Notes under the pieces: model-generated
What the model was told of the DNA's origin: nothing
Database searches by the model: none
What the model saw: only the letters and a program-made list of their open reading frames with translations
Made by a program: the position numbers and the translations under genes
Shown here: in pieces, positions 1 through 9,500 of the stretch
How positions within the stretch are numbered: position 1 is the first letter of the stretch
Layout: every line of letters starts with the position of its first letter
Assembly (NCBI GenBank): GCA_947478395.1
Contig: CANJVR010000001.1
Span: 192,001-256,000 of the forward strand
DNA: 64,000 bases
Direction of reading: 5' to 3'
DNA from: Opitutia bacterium
Lineage (GTDB): Bacteria > Verrucomicrobiota > Verrucomicrobiia > Opitutales > Opitutaceae

Positions 1-663
1 CAAACCCGGCCCCACCGGCAACAGCCAGTGTCCGCGATTCAAGATCACATCGGGGTCCAGCCCCTCGATGGTCAGTTCGAGAATTTCCCCGCGGGAATAT
101 TCCCAAGGCACCCGCGCCCACGCCACCTCGCGCGTCGTCGCAAATCCGCGACAATCGATCACGAGATCCGCCCGGGCCTCCGCGGCCGCGAGCGACATCG
201 GCCCGTCGAGCCAGTGGCCCTGCGCTTTCCAACGCGCGGCGGCCGAATCGAGCAGCGCAACCACATCGACCCGGGCCGCTTCCTCCACCCAAAATCCAGC
301 CTCATCCGCCTCGCCTGCAAACGGCGCGAGATCGCCCCGAACTTGTTTCTCCCCAAAAATGCGGCGCTCGCGATCGTCTCGGAAAATCCTCCGCAAACGC
401 ATCCTGCGCCATAGCTCCGTTTCCAGCGCGCCCTCCAATTCCCGATACGCCGCACGCGCAGCCGGCAGAAGCGAGTCGATCCGCCAGCTTTTCACCAAAC
501 GCCGGCCCGTGATCGGATTCACGATCCCCGCCGCGACGCGCGAGGCCGACGGCTCCCGTTGCCCCGCGTCACTGATCACGAACGAAATCCCGGCCCGTTC
601 GCACTCCCACGCCAACCACGTGCCCGCGAGTCCTTGCCCGAAGATCAGAATATCCCGACGCAT
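1..663 (-). CDS. FAD-dependent oxidoreductase (DAO/glycine oxidase-like), runs off window start
   Basis: Not in ORF track; manual translation from ATG 663: MRRDILIFGQGLAGTWLAW...SASRVAAGIVNPITGRR (Rossmann GxGxxG). Confidence 0.8.
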   Translation of the reverse strand, partial: MRRDILIFGQGLAGTWLAWECERAGISFVISDAGQREPSASRVAAGIVNPITGRRLVKSWRIDSLLPAARAAYRELEGALETELWRRMRLRRIFRDDRERRIFGEKQVRGDLAPFAGEADEAGFWVEEAARVDVVALLDSAAARWKAQGHWLDGPMSLAAAEARADLVIDCRGFATTREVAWARVPWEYSRGEILELTIEGLDPDVILNRGHWLLPVGPGL

Positions 664-910
664 CGTTCAGAGGAAGTTTGGTCGACCAACGACCCGCTCG
701 TGCTCGTGATTCATGATCGTAGGCTTAGACGAAGGCACGCTACGAGCACGAGTAATACCAAACGCGCGAACGAATTTAACCCCAGATCACACGGACAACA
801 CGGCCCACTCGCGCTGCTGTATCCGTGTCATCCGTGCTTAAGAGTTCCTCTCCGATCGCGTCGCACGCTCTGCCAACTCCCATCATAAAAATTCGCGATC
901 CGGTCGACGC

Positions 911-1642
911 TCATGAATCGACCGCGTGCAACGCGGCGCCGACGATGCCAGCTTCGTTGAAAAACTCGGCGGGAACCAATTTGGCGCGACACTTGATGTA
1001 CGGGAAAAACTTCTTGTGCTTCGCGCTCACCCCGCCGCCGATGATGATCAACTCGGGCCACAAAATCGCCTCAAGAATGCCAATATATTTATTGAGCCGC
1101 TTGCCCCACTCTTCCCACGAGAGATCCTCCTTTTCCTTGACCGACGAGGCCACGCGTTTTTCCGCCGAATCGCCTTTCAAAGGCAGGTGACCGAGTTCGC
1201 ACGGGATGAGCGTGCCGCGATAAAACAGCGCGGACCCCACCCCCGTGCCGAGCGTCAGCAGCAACGCCTTCCCGTCGAACCCAAGCCCGGCGCCAAAGCG
1301 CATCTCGGCCAATCCCGCGGCCGCCGCATCATTGATCAACGCAACCGGACCGCCCAACGTCCCGGAAAAGAGTTTGACCGCGTCGCACCCGATGAAGTCC
1401 CGGTGCAGGTTGGACGACGTATAGATCCGCGAGCCCATGACCACGCCCGGAAAGCCCACGCCGATGGGACCCGTCCAGTCGAACTGTTTTGCAATATTTT
1501 TGATCGCTCGCGCCATCTGCGCCGGAGTGAGCCGCTCGGGGGTTTCGAGGCGGTAACGTTCCGCCAAAAGACAGCCGGTCTTGGTGTCCACGGGCGCGCC
1601 CTTGAGCGCGGAGCCGCCGATATCGATGCCGAGGATATTCAC
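911..1642 (-). CDS. ppgK: Polyphosphate glucokinase, ROK family
   Basis: GIDIGGSALKGAPVD, INDAAAAGLAE, LTLGTGVGSAL, ELGHL, NEAGIVGAA motifs. Confidence 0.85.
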   Translation of the reverse strand: MNILGIDIGGSALKGAPVDTKTGCLLAERYRLETPERLTPAQMARAIKNIAKQFDWTGPIGVGFPGVVMGSRIYTSSNLHRDFIGCDAVKLFSGTLGGPVALINDAAAAGLAEMRFGAGLGFDGKALLLTLGTGVGSALFYRGTLIPCELGHLPLKGDSAEKRVASSVKEKEDLSWEEWGKRLNKYIGILEAILWPELIIIGGGVSAKHKKFFPYIKCRAKLVPAEFFNEAGIVGAALHAVDS

Positions 1643-1795
1643 GGGGAATTGGAGTCTGTGATCATACCCACCCGCCCGCAGACTTCAATCGCGGACACCA
1701 CAAACCGGCATCATGCGACGCCGCTGAAAACCAGCGCGGCTAACCGAGCCCAATAAAGACAGCGGCGAAATAAGGCCCGGTGCCGCACCTGCAAC

Positions 1796-1993
1796 ACGTC
1801 ACCTATTAAGTGACATTCCCGCGGAAAACCACGCCCTCAAGACGAGCGAGGATCAACCCGACGTGGCGCGCCAGCGCCGAAGAAAAACCCGAAGTCCGAC
1901 CCGTAGTTCACCACGCAGGACTCCATGCGGACGGCTCTTGAACTCGGAAAACGTCCCCGTCTCAAACGGTGAATGTCACTTAATAGGTGACGT
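1796..1993. repeat. Perfect 23-bp inverted repeat pair enclosing about 150 bp (MITE/REP-like)
   Basis: acgtcacctattaagtgacattc (1796-1818) and its exact reverse complement (1971-1993); third copy at 61269-61289. Confidence 0.8.
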
Positions 1994-2062
1994 TCAGCTC
2001 GGCTGAGCTCCGTGAGCTCGTGGAGGGCCGAAATCAGCGCGGAGTTTTTCAGGCGAGCGGGC

Positions 2063-2539
2063 TCAACCGTGGCCGCAGCCACCGGCGCCGTGCGCGTGGC
2101 CGTGCCGCAATTCCTCGTCGGTCGCAGGCCGCACGCTCACGACTTCGACGTCGAAATTTAGGTCCACGCCCGCGAGCGGATGGTTCGCATCGAGCAACAC
2201 CATGTCGCCTTCAATCCCGGCGACGGTGACCACCGGATCGAACCGGTCCGTCCCCGTCTGAAACTGGTCGCCCACATGCAACTCGCCCTCGACGGGCAAT
2301 TGCGCGCGCGGCACCCGCTGCACCTGGGCAGGATCACGTTCGCCGTATGCCTGCGCCGCGGCCACCTGCACGCGCGCCTTCGTGCCCGCCGCGAAGCCCC
2401 GCAATTGGGTGTCGAGTCCGTCGATGATTTGTCCCGCCCCTTCAAGATAGGTGATCCCCTCGCCGCCCGCGGAAGTGTCCAAGACATTCCCGGCGGAATC
2501 GCGCAAAGTGTAGTGAAAGTTGACGACGTGACGCTTCAT
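2063..2539 (-). CDS. slyD: FKBP-type peptidyl-prolyl isomerase, SlyD-like
   Basis: VVNFHYTL, AAQAYGERD, LDANHPLAGVDLNFDVEVV, His/Cys tail HGHAHGAGGCGHG; start ATG 2539. Confidence 0.9.
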   Translation of the reverse strand: MKRHVVNFHYTLRDSAGNVLDTSAGGEGITYLEGAGQIIDGLDTQLRGFAAGTKARVQVAAAQAYGERDPAQVQRVPRAQLPVEGELHVGDQFQTGTDRFDPVVTVAGIEGDMVLLDANHPLAGVDLNFDVEVVSVRPATDEELRHGHAHGAGGCGHG

Positions 2540-2715
2540 AAAAGATGGAAGCCTCCACGCTGGGCCAGACTTCCCGCCGCTGGCAATCCGCAGAATAAAA
2601 ATTCTCCTGACAATGTGAACGCCCGACCGCCGGACGCGCCCGATTGGCAATGTCGCCCGATATGAAAGCGGCCGTGCCCCAGTGATGGCCACAACGAGTC
2701 CCCAAACTTCGGGCG

Positions 2716-2848
2716 AGCGGTTTCACCAAAAGCGTGGCCGCTAGCGACGTAGCGGCAGGCGTCCCTGCCTGCGGAAACGACTTTGCCGAACCCGCCAGGT
2801 AGAGACGCCTGCCGCTACCCAATACGGCCAGGAAAAACTCAAACCGCT
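2716..2848 (+). repeat. About 133-bp REPIN/MITE-like element, copy 1
   Basis: Ends agcggttt...aaaccgct; internal GTAGCGGCAGGCGTC...GACGCCTGCCGCTAC palindrome; copies at 4306, 57451 and partial at 41204. Confidence 0.8.
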
Positions 2849-3004
2849 TTCGCTACGGCGGAGTTTCCGTTGCGCCTATGCGCGCGTCGGAGGCCTGAAC
2901 GCAGGAGAAGAAATTTTTTGTGCCTTTTCGTGGAAAAAATCCGACTCGCGATATCCGGAACCACATCGTTGACGCACCTCCTCCCCGCCCCGATCACTGC
3001 TCGG

Positions 3005-4192
3005 GTGACCTCAGCGGAACGAATCAAAGACGGCTACGAACGTCGTCCTTATCCCGGCACCGATCTGGGCCGACTCATCAAAAAGGGCGGCTCCCTGCCC
3101 GCGCTCAAATGGATGCTCGCCCTCGGCCGGCCCGGCCGGCCCGCTCCCTCTCGCGTGCTCATCGCGGGCTGCGGCACCGGCGTGGAGGCGTTCATCCTGC
3201 GGCAGCGATTGCCAAAGGCGGAAATCGTGGCGGTCGATTTCAGCCCACGCTCCATCGCGACGGCCGACCGTCTGCAACGCACCTCCAGGCCTAAACGGCC
3301 AATCACGTTTCTCGCGGCCGACCTCGCCGACCCGGGCCTCGCCGAGCGAACCGGTGGGCATTTTGATCTCATCTCTTGCCACGGCGTTCTCAGTTACGTC
3401 CCCGACCCTGGTCCCGTCCTGAAAAATCTCGCGGCCTGTCTCAGCCCGGGCGGCGCCGTTTATCTAGGCGTCAACGGCGGCGCGCATCCGGCGACCGCGC
3501 TGCGGCCCTGGCTCGCGGGGTTCGGTCTCGCCGTCGATGCGTTGAAAGACGAACGCCGGCTGCGCGAACTGCTCGGCCTCTGGGATACCCTGCACGACGA
3601 GGGCGGCGGCGAACTCGCCACGATGTCCGCGAGCTACCTGGCGAGCGACATTTGCGGCGCCCATTTCAATAACTGGCCGCTCGACCAATGGCGAACTGCA
3701 GCAAATCGCGCCGGCTTGGAAATTGCCGGCACCGACATTCTACCGATGGCGTTGCGCCTCACAATGGACCGGGATCAGCATCGCTTCTTTTTTCCCGGTA
3801 GCCCCGGCGAAGTCGCGGCACGCATGGATCAGTTACGACCGGCGGGGTTTCACCGCATCATGTTGCGACCCGTCGAAACCGGCGGACTGATTCAGGCCTT
3901 CGATCGCACTCCCGCCCAAAGCGTACAGTGGACCGACCTTTACTCGGCGCGCTTCCGCAAATCTAACGGCGGCCGAACGATGATCGTCGTGCTGAGCTGC
4001 GCGATCTTTCACCTACGCCTGGAGTGGACGCTCACGCTGGCGCAAACGAAGGCGCTGCTCCAATTGATCGAAACCGGCGTCGCATCCGCGGCCGATCTGA
4101 AACCCTGGACGCGCACCGACGCAGGCCGGCGCTTGCTCTGGCTCTGGTCCGCTTTAGGGGCCATCGCCGTCAACGCGCCCACGCGGGCCTAG
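3005..4192 (+). CDS. Class I SAM-dependent methyltransferase
   Basis: YERRPYP, RVLIAGCGTG, VAVDFS, FDLISCHGVLS, LSPGG; start uncertain (GTG 3005). Confidence 0.8.
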   Translation: MTSAERIKDGYERRPYPGTDLGRLIKKGGSLPALKWMLALGRPGRPAPSRVLIAGCGTGVEAFILRQRLPKAEIVAVDFSPRSIATADRLQRTSRPKRPITFLAADLADPGLAERTGGHFDLISCHGVLSYVPDPGPVLKNLAACLSPGGAVYLGVNGGAHPATALRPWLAGFGLAVDALKDERRLRELLGLWDTLHDEGGGELATMSASYLASDICGAHFNNWPLDQWRTAANRAGLEIAGTDILPMALRLTMDRDQHRFFFPGSPGEVAARMDQLRPAGFHRIMLRPVETGGLIQAFDRTPAQSVQWTDLYSARFRKSNGGRTMIVVLSCAIFHLRLEWTLTLAQTKALLQLIETGVASAADLKPWTRTDAGRRLLWLWSALGAIAVNAPTRA

Positions 4193-4305
4193 CGTTCGTT
4201 TTTGTGGGCGGGGTGCCCCGACCACGCATTGACGTTATCCTGCGCGGGACGTCGCTCGCGGGGTGAGGGCACCCCGCCTCCATTTTCAAACCTGTCTGCC
4301 TCTAC

Positions 4306-4439
4306 ACCGGTTTAACCCAAAGCGTAGCCGCTAACGACGTAGCGGCAGGCTTCCCTGCCGGCCGGAACGAGGACGCCGAACCCGGCAGGCAGAGACGCCT
4401 GCCGCGACCCAAGACGGCCGCGAAAAAACTGAAACCGCT
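4306..4439 (+). repeat. About 134-bp REPIN/MITE-like element, copy 2 (direct repeat of 2716-2848)
   Basis: Colinear similarity to copy 1 over its whole length. Confidence 0.8.
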
Positions 4440-4468
4440 TTAGCGACGCGATCCGTGGCCGCCGTGAC

Positions 4469-7111
4469 TCATGTCTCCTGCCGCAAAATTTCCAGCGGCG
4501 GATGATCCGTCACGCCGCGATTGGCGAGCAGCCCAGTGATGAGCGTCACGCTCGACGCTATCGCGACCGCTCCGAGCACCAGCAGCGGCGGAGCCGAGGG
4601 GGTGAGATGGAAAACATACTTAGCCAACAGCGCGTTACCCGCGATCGCGAGTCCGCCACCGACCACCGCCGCGAGCACGCCGAGGATCGCGTATTCCACC
4701 ATCTGGATTTGCACGAGTTGGCGCCGCGTCGCACCGAGCGTCCGCAGCAAAACCGTTTCGCGCACGCGTTGATACCGCCCTGACAGCACCGCACCCGCCA
4801 GCACGATGATACCCGTCGCCACGGTGAACAGCGCCATGAACTGAATCACGAACGCGACCTTCGAAAAAATGCTGTCGAGCGTTTCCATCACGAGCGCGAC
4901 ATCGATCGCCGACACATTCGGAAACGCGCCCACTACCTCGCGCTGGACTCGCGCCGAATCCGCCGGCGTGGCCGTGCGCAGCGCCGCGACAAATGTCTTC
5001 GGAGCGCCCTCGATCGCGCCCTCGGGAAATACCACAAAAAAATTGGAGTCGAGCCGCCGCCATTCCACGGCGCGCACACTCGTTACTTTAGTCCGCACCG
5101 GTACGCCCTGCACGTCCCACTCGATTTCGTCGCCCAGCTCCAGTTGAAGGCTTTTCAGAAAACTTTCCTCGACCGAAATGGGCACCACCGCTACGCCGGC
5201 CGACACCTGGCCGTCGAACTTGCCCGCAACCACGCGCTCGGTGCCGCTCAATTTACCGCGGTACGTCGAACGGTATTCGCGTCCCAACATGCCATTGGCC
5301 ATACGTCCGCCGGGTTCACCCCCACGACCCAACCGCCCGCCACCTGCACCACGCCGCGTCCCGCTGCCTGGGGGCGGCGGGTTGGGATCATCCGACAGTG
5401 AAAGGTCCGGCGCAGCACTCACCCGCGGACGCGTGATTTCCTGCACCGTGCGGCCTTTGAGCGCGGCGATTTTCATCGTCACAATCGGAGCCTGCTGCAG
5501 CACCGGCGCACCCTGAGCGACCGCCAGTTTATCGAAGGCCTCGATTTGGTCGTCCTGGATATCGAAGAACAAGAGATTGGGCCGCGAGCCGCCGCCGACG
5601 GCATCGATTTCGCGCAGCAAGGTTGTGCGCGTGAGGTAAAGCGTGAGAATTAAAAACGTCCCAAGACCGAGCGAAAGCAGCAGCAACACGGTGCGGTTGT
5701 TCGGCCGGTGCAGATTCGCCACGCCCTGCCGCACCACGTACGGCAGCGCGCGGGGTACCCAGCGACGGGCGGCCCACGCCACCCCCGCTGCGAGGCCGGC
5801 GAGCACGCCGAAGCCCACCGCCAGCATACCCGTGAAACCCAGGCCAATCCGCCAGTTGTGCGTCTGCGTATAGGCGAAGCCCGTGACGGCGACGACGATC
5901 AAGGCCACGATCAGGATACGCCAAGGATCACCCACGCCCCCGACGCGTTCCGCGAACGCCGAGCGCAGCGCCACGAGTGGCGAAACTCGCCGTACCGCGA
6001 GCAGCGGCAGCAGCGTGAAGAGAAGCGAGATCACCAGCCCGGCGGCCATGCCGCGTCCGACCTCCGCCCACGCAATGAAGAAATCGACCTGAAACGGCAG
6101 CATACCCTTCAACATCGCGGGCAACGAGAGCTGCAGCGCCACACCGAGTGCGCCGCCCAGCACCGCGCCAAAAATCCCAAGCGCGAAGCCCTGCACCAGA
6201 TAAACCGCAAAACTCTGCCCGGCGCTCGCACCCAGACAGCGCAGCACGGCCACCGTGGTGATTTTTTGCCGTACATACACATGGATGGCGCTCGCGACGC
6301 CGATCGCGCCGAGGAACAGCGCGATAAAACCCACTAGATTAAGAAAGCCCTCGATGTTCGTCAGCACCTGACCGAGATCACGTTTGCGCTCGGCGACGGT
6401 CGCCGCCGACACCCGGCGTCCGCGAAATTTGTCCCGAATCTCACGATCGATGACATCGGGATCGCGTCCCGCCGGCAGCTTCAGCAGCACGCGGTGTACG
6501 GCGAGATTTTCTTTGTTCCCGAGCTCGGTCGATTCCAGCCGGCTCATTGGAATAAAAGCACGCGGGGCAAACGTCGCAATGGCGGACGACTCGCCGGGGA
6601 CTTTTTTCAAGGCCGCAGCGACGATGAACGTGGCCTTGCCAAGCTTCACGCTGTCGCCGGGTTTGACGTTAAACTGATTGAGTAACGTCTCCTCGAGAAT
6701 CACGACCGCTTCACCGGCCCGCAGCCGGGCGGGAGCGTCGGCGGGCGACGTTTCAAAATCGCCGAAGAAAGGAAAATTTTTCTCAACCGCCCGCACCTGC
6801 ACGAGCCGCGTGGCATTCGCCGCGGTGGGAAACACCAGCATCGACGAAAATTCGGTGGTGGCCGATTGTTCGCCGCCGAGCGCGTCAAGGTAGGTCTTAA
6901 GGTCCGCATCCGGAGCAGCGCGGGAGGTCACGATCAGATCCGCGCCGAGCAGGCCCTTGGCCTGCAGATCGATGGCGTCCTTGAGATTGACGGTGAATGA
7001 ACCGATCGCCACGAGCGCGGCGATGCCGAGGACCACCGACGACGAGAACAGCGCCAGCCGCTGCCGCGAAGCCCGCGAATCCCGCCAGGCCATTTTTAAG
7101 ATGAAGTTCAT
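4469..7111 (-). CDS. ABC transporter permease, YbbP/FtsX-like
   Basis: MAWRDSR..., LLGADL, two FtsX-type halves (VLRCLGAS, LLRTLGAT), PNLLFFDIQ. Confidence 0.9.
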   Translation of the reverse strand: MNFILKMAWRDSRASRQRLALFSSSVVLGIAALVAIGSFTVNLKDAIDLQAKGLLGADLIVTSRAAPDADLKTYLDALGGEQSATTEFSSMLVFPTAANATRLVQVRAVEKNFPFFGDFETSPADAPARLRAGEAVVILEETLLNQFNVKPGDSVKLGKATFIVAAALKKVPGESSAIATFAPRAFIPMSRLESTELGNKENLAVHRVLLKLPAGRDPDVIDREIRDKFRGRRVSAATVAERKRDLGQVLTNIEGFLNLVGFIALFLGAIGVASAIHVYVRQKITTVAVLRCLGASAGQSFAVYLVQGFALGIFGAVLGGALGVALQLSLPAMLKGMLPFQVDFFIAWAEVGRGMAAGLVISLLFTLLPLLAVRRVSPLVALRSAFAERVGGVGDPWRILIVALIVVAVTGFAYTQTHNWRIGLGFTGMLAVGFGVLAGLAAGVAWAARRWVPRALPYVVRQGVANLHRPNNRTVLLLLSLGLGTFLILTLYLTRTTLLREIDAVGGGSRPNLLFFDIQDDQIEAFDKLAVAQGAPVLQQAPIVTMKIAALKGRTVQEITRPRVSAAPDLSLSDDPNPPPPGSGTRRGAGGGRLGRGGEPGGRMANGMLGREYRSTYRGKLSGTERVVAGKFDGQVSAGVAVVPISVEESFLKSLQLELGDEIEWDVQGVPVRTKVTSVRAVEWRRLDSNFFVVFPEGAIEGAPKTFVAALRTATPADSARVQREVVGAFPNVSAIDVALVMETLDSIFSKVAFVIQFMALFTVATGIIVLAGAVLSGRYQRVRETVLLRTLGATRRQLVQIQMVEYAILGVLAAVVGGGLAIAGNALLAKYVFHLTPSAPPLLVLGAVAIASSVTLITGLLANRGVTDHPPLEILRQET

Positions 7112-7117
7112 GAAGAA

Positions 7118-7679
7118 TTGCCCACGGAACACACGGAATACACGGAAATCTCAGAGGACGAAGCGCTCATGTTCGATTTTGGGAAAGTGGCCAAAGTTTA
7201 CGAGCAGCCCGACCCGAAGGCCCGTCGCGTGAAGATAATTTTGAACCTGAGCGCGATGCTCGTCGACCAGCTTGGACACCGCTTTTATTTCCACGATCAC
7301 TTTGCCGAAGCAGACAAAATCCGCGACGTAGCGCTGCTTGAGCGGATGCCCCTTGTAGTTCAAGGCGAGCTGCACGAGCGCCTTCGCCGGAATTTCCCTC
7401 AGTTGGAATTTTATTTCGAGGCACTCCTGAAATACCGCCTCAAGAAACCCACAGCCCTTGTCACGATAAACTTCAAAGCATGCTCCGAGAAGCCGGTACG
7501 TTTCGTCCTCGTTGATAAGTTTACCCATGATCCCTCTTCCGTGAATGCGGTTTTTTCGGTGAACAACTTCAGCCTCTGTCATAACTCCTCCTTCGCGGAG
7601 GGGACATTCGATCATTGGCTCGAAATAAATCCTGCGCCTCATTTCTTGTTTCCGTGTGTTCCGTGTGTTCCGTGGGCAA
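7118..7679. mobile_element. Candidate element: GxxExxY gene bounded by 31-bp inverted repeats
   Basis: IRs 7118-7148 and 7649-7679 (30/31 match) fill the gap between ABC ATPase stop and permease start. Confidence 0.55.
7151..7528 (-). CDS. GxxExxY protein (PD-(D/E)XK nuclease superfamily)
   Basis: GCGFLEAVFQECL, ADFVCFGKVIVEIKA, AQVQNYL, GLLVNFG. Confidence 0.9.
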   Translation of the reverse strand: MGKLINEDETYRLLGACFEVYRDKGCGFLEAVFQECLEIKFQLREIPAKALVQLALNYKGHPLKQRYVADFVCFGKVIVEIKAVSKLVDEHRAQVQNYLHATGLRVGLLVNFGHFPKIEHERFVL

Positions 7680-7681
7680 AC

Positions 7682-8374
7682 TCAGCTTCTGTCATCGCTC
7701 ACCACCGCGCCGTTTTTGAGCCGGATCACGCGCTGACATTTCCGCGCCAGCTCCATGTCGTGGGTGACGAGCACCAGCGTCGTTCCTTTTTCGCGGTTCA
7801 ATCCGAACACCAAATCCACCATCGCCGCCGCGGTGTCGCCATCGAGATTTCCCGTCGGCTCGTCGCAAAACAAAATCTTCGGCCGGTTCATGAACGCCCG
7901 CGCCAGCGCCACGCGCTGCTGTTCGCCGCCAGAAAGCTGCACCGGATAATGTTCACACCGCTCGGCCAACCCAACCCGTCCAAGCAAGGCCCGCGCTTCC
8001 GCTTCGGTCGCCGCGCCGCCTTCACCGCGCAATTCGAGCGGGACGAGCACGTTCTCCAGTGCCGTCAGCGTCGGGATCAATTGGAAATTCTGAAACACAA
8101 AACCCACGTGCGCGTTTCGCACCCGTGCGCGGCCGTCTTCGTCGAGCGCACCCAGTTCTGAGCCGGCCACGCTGACGGTCCCGCTCGAAGCCCGATCGAG
8201 CCCCGCGCACAAACCGAGGAGCGTCGTCTTCCCGCTCCCGCTCGGGCCCACGATCGCCAGACTCGCACCGGCCTCGAGGTCGAAGCTCACCTCCCGCAAT
8301 ACCGTCAAAGGGCCCGCCGCCGTGCGGTAACTTTTGGTGAGTCGCTCGACTTTCAAAATGGATTGGACACTCAT
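7682..8374 (-). CDS. ABC transporter ATP-binding protein, YbbA/LolD-like
   Basis: GPSGSGKTT, LSGGEQQRV, FCDEPTGNLD, LVTHD. Confidence 0.92.
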   Translation of the reverse strand: MSVQSILKVERLTKSYRTAAGPLTVLREVSFDLEAGASLAIVGPSGSGKTTLLGLCAGLDRASSGTVSVAGSELGALDEDGRARVRNAHVGFVFQNFQLIPTLTALENVLVPLELRGEGGAATEAEARALLGRVGLAERCEHYPVQLSGGEQQRVALARAFMNRPKILFCDEPTGNLDGDTAAAMVDLVFGLNREKGTTLVLVTHDMELARKCQRVIRLKNGAVVSDDRS

Positions 8375-8482
8375 TAAGTCGCCTACGAAACACACGAAAC
8401 CCACGAAAAGAAAGCCGGAGATGCCGATTGGTCCAAAAACACTACGAGCGGTCGACCCTCAACGGGCCGCGGAACCCCAGCC

Positions 8483-9142
8483 ATGAAACTTAACCGCCCT
8501 CTGCTGTTTTCCCTTTCGCTTTGTCTCGTGGGTTTCCTCCGTCCGCTAATCGCAGCCGACACCAAAACCATCGTGTTCTTCGGCGACAGTCTCACCGCCG
8601 GCTACGGTCTGGCCAGCGCCGCCACCGACGCTTTTCCCGCCCTCATTCAGGGAAAAATCGACGGGCTTCCAATCGCGCCGGACTCGCGGGTTCCCGCCGT
8701 AAATTGGCGTGTAGTCAACGCCGGTCTGAGCGGCGAAACCACTGCAGGCGGCCTCCGTCGGGTCGATTGGATCCTGCGCCAGCCCGTCGATATTTTCGTT
8801 CTGGCGTTGGGCGGCAACGACGGCCTCCGCGGCATCGATCCGGCGATATCCAAAAAAAATCTTCAGGCCCTGATTGACCGGGTGCACGCCCGATATCCCG
8901 CGGCGAAAATCGTGATCGCAGGCATGATGATGCCGGGCTTCATGGGCGAAGATTACGTGAAAGCGTTCGCCGCGATGTATCCCGCGCTCGCCGAACAAAA
9001 CCATCTGGACCTCATCCCATTTCTCCTCGACCGCGTAGGCGGGCACCAAAATCTCAACCAACCTGATGGTATCCATCCCACCGCCGCCGGCCACGCGATC
9101 GTCGCGGAAACGGTCTGGAACCACCTAAAACCGCTGCTGTGA
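8483..9142 (+). CDS. tesA: Arylesterase/acyl-CoA thioesterase I (SGNH/GDSL)
   Basis: FFGDSLTAGYG, NAGLSGETT, LGGNDGLRG, DGIHP; divergent from ybbA-like gene. Confidence 0.88.
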   Translation: MKLNRPLLFSLSLCLVGFLRPLIAADTKTIVFFGDSLTAGYGLASAATDAFPALIQGKIDGLPIAPDSRVPAVNWRVVNAGLSGETTAGGLRRVDWILRQPVDIFVLALGGNDGLRGIDPAISKKNLQALIDRVHARYPAAKIVIAGMMMPGFMGEDYVKAFAAMYPALAEQNHLDLIPFLLDRVGGHQNLNQPDGIHPTAAGHAIVAETVWNHLKPLL

Positions 9143-9387
9143 AATCCCTCCACGCCGCCCTCCTTCTACTGCTAACACCCTGCCTTTCCCGCGCATCAGG
9201 CCTGGCCCCGAATCGCACGACGACGGCGGTCTGGCAAATCAACGCCACCAACACAAACCGCGCCTCCGACACGATCAACTTCGCGCCGAATTCTTCTCCC
9301 GCTTTCAAGTTCCGTCCGCTCGGCACCGTACCCGTCAAAGGCCGCGCCGAGCCCGTGGAAATCTTCGCCGTTGATCAGACCGGGTAG
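9139..9387 (+). pseudogene. Probable remnant: signal-peptide start joined to a class III nucleotidyl-cyclase-like C-terminus
   Basis: Ends FRPLGTVPVKGRAEPVEIFAV, resembling the VKGK..PV end of adenylate cyclases; only 82 aa. Confidence 0.45.
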
Positions 9388-9500
9388 TACCAGAGCTTCG
9401 GCCCGCGTTCCGGAAAAAAACCGCGGGTGAAGCGGGGCTATCCGCCTCCAAAAACAATCTCGTTCCCTGCGCTTTCAGCCGGAAGGCTCCATTCCAACGC

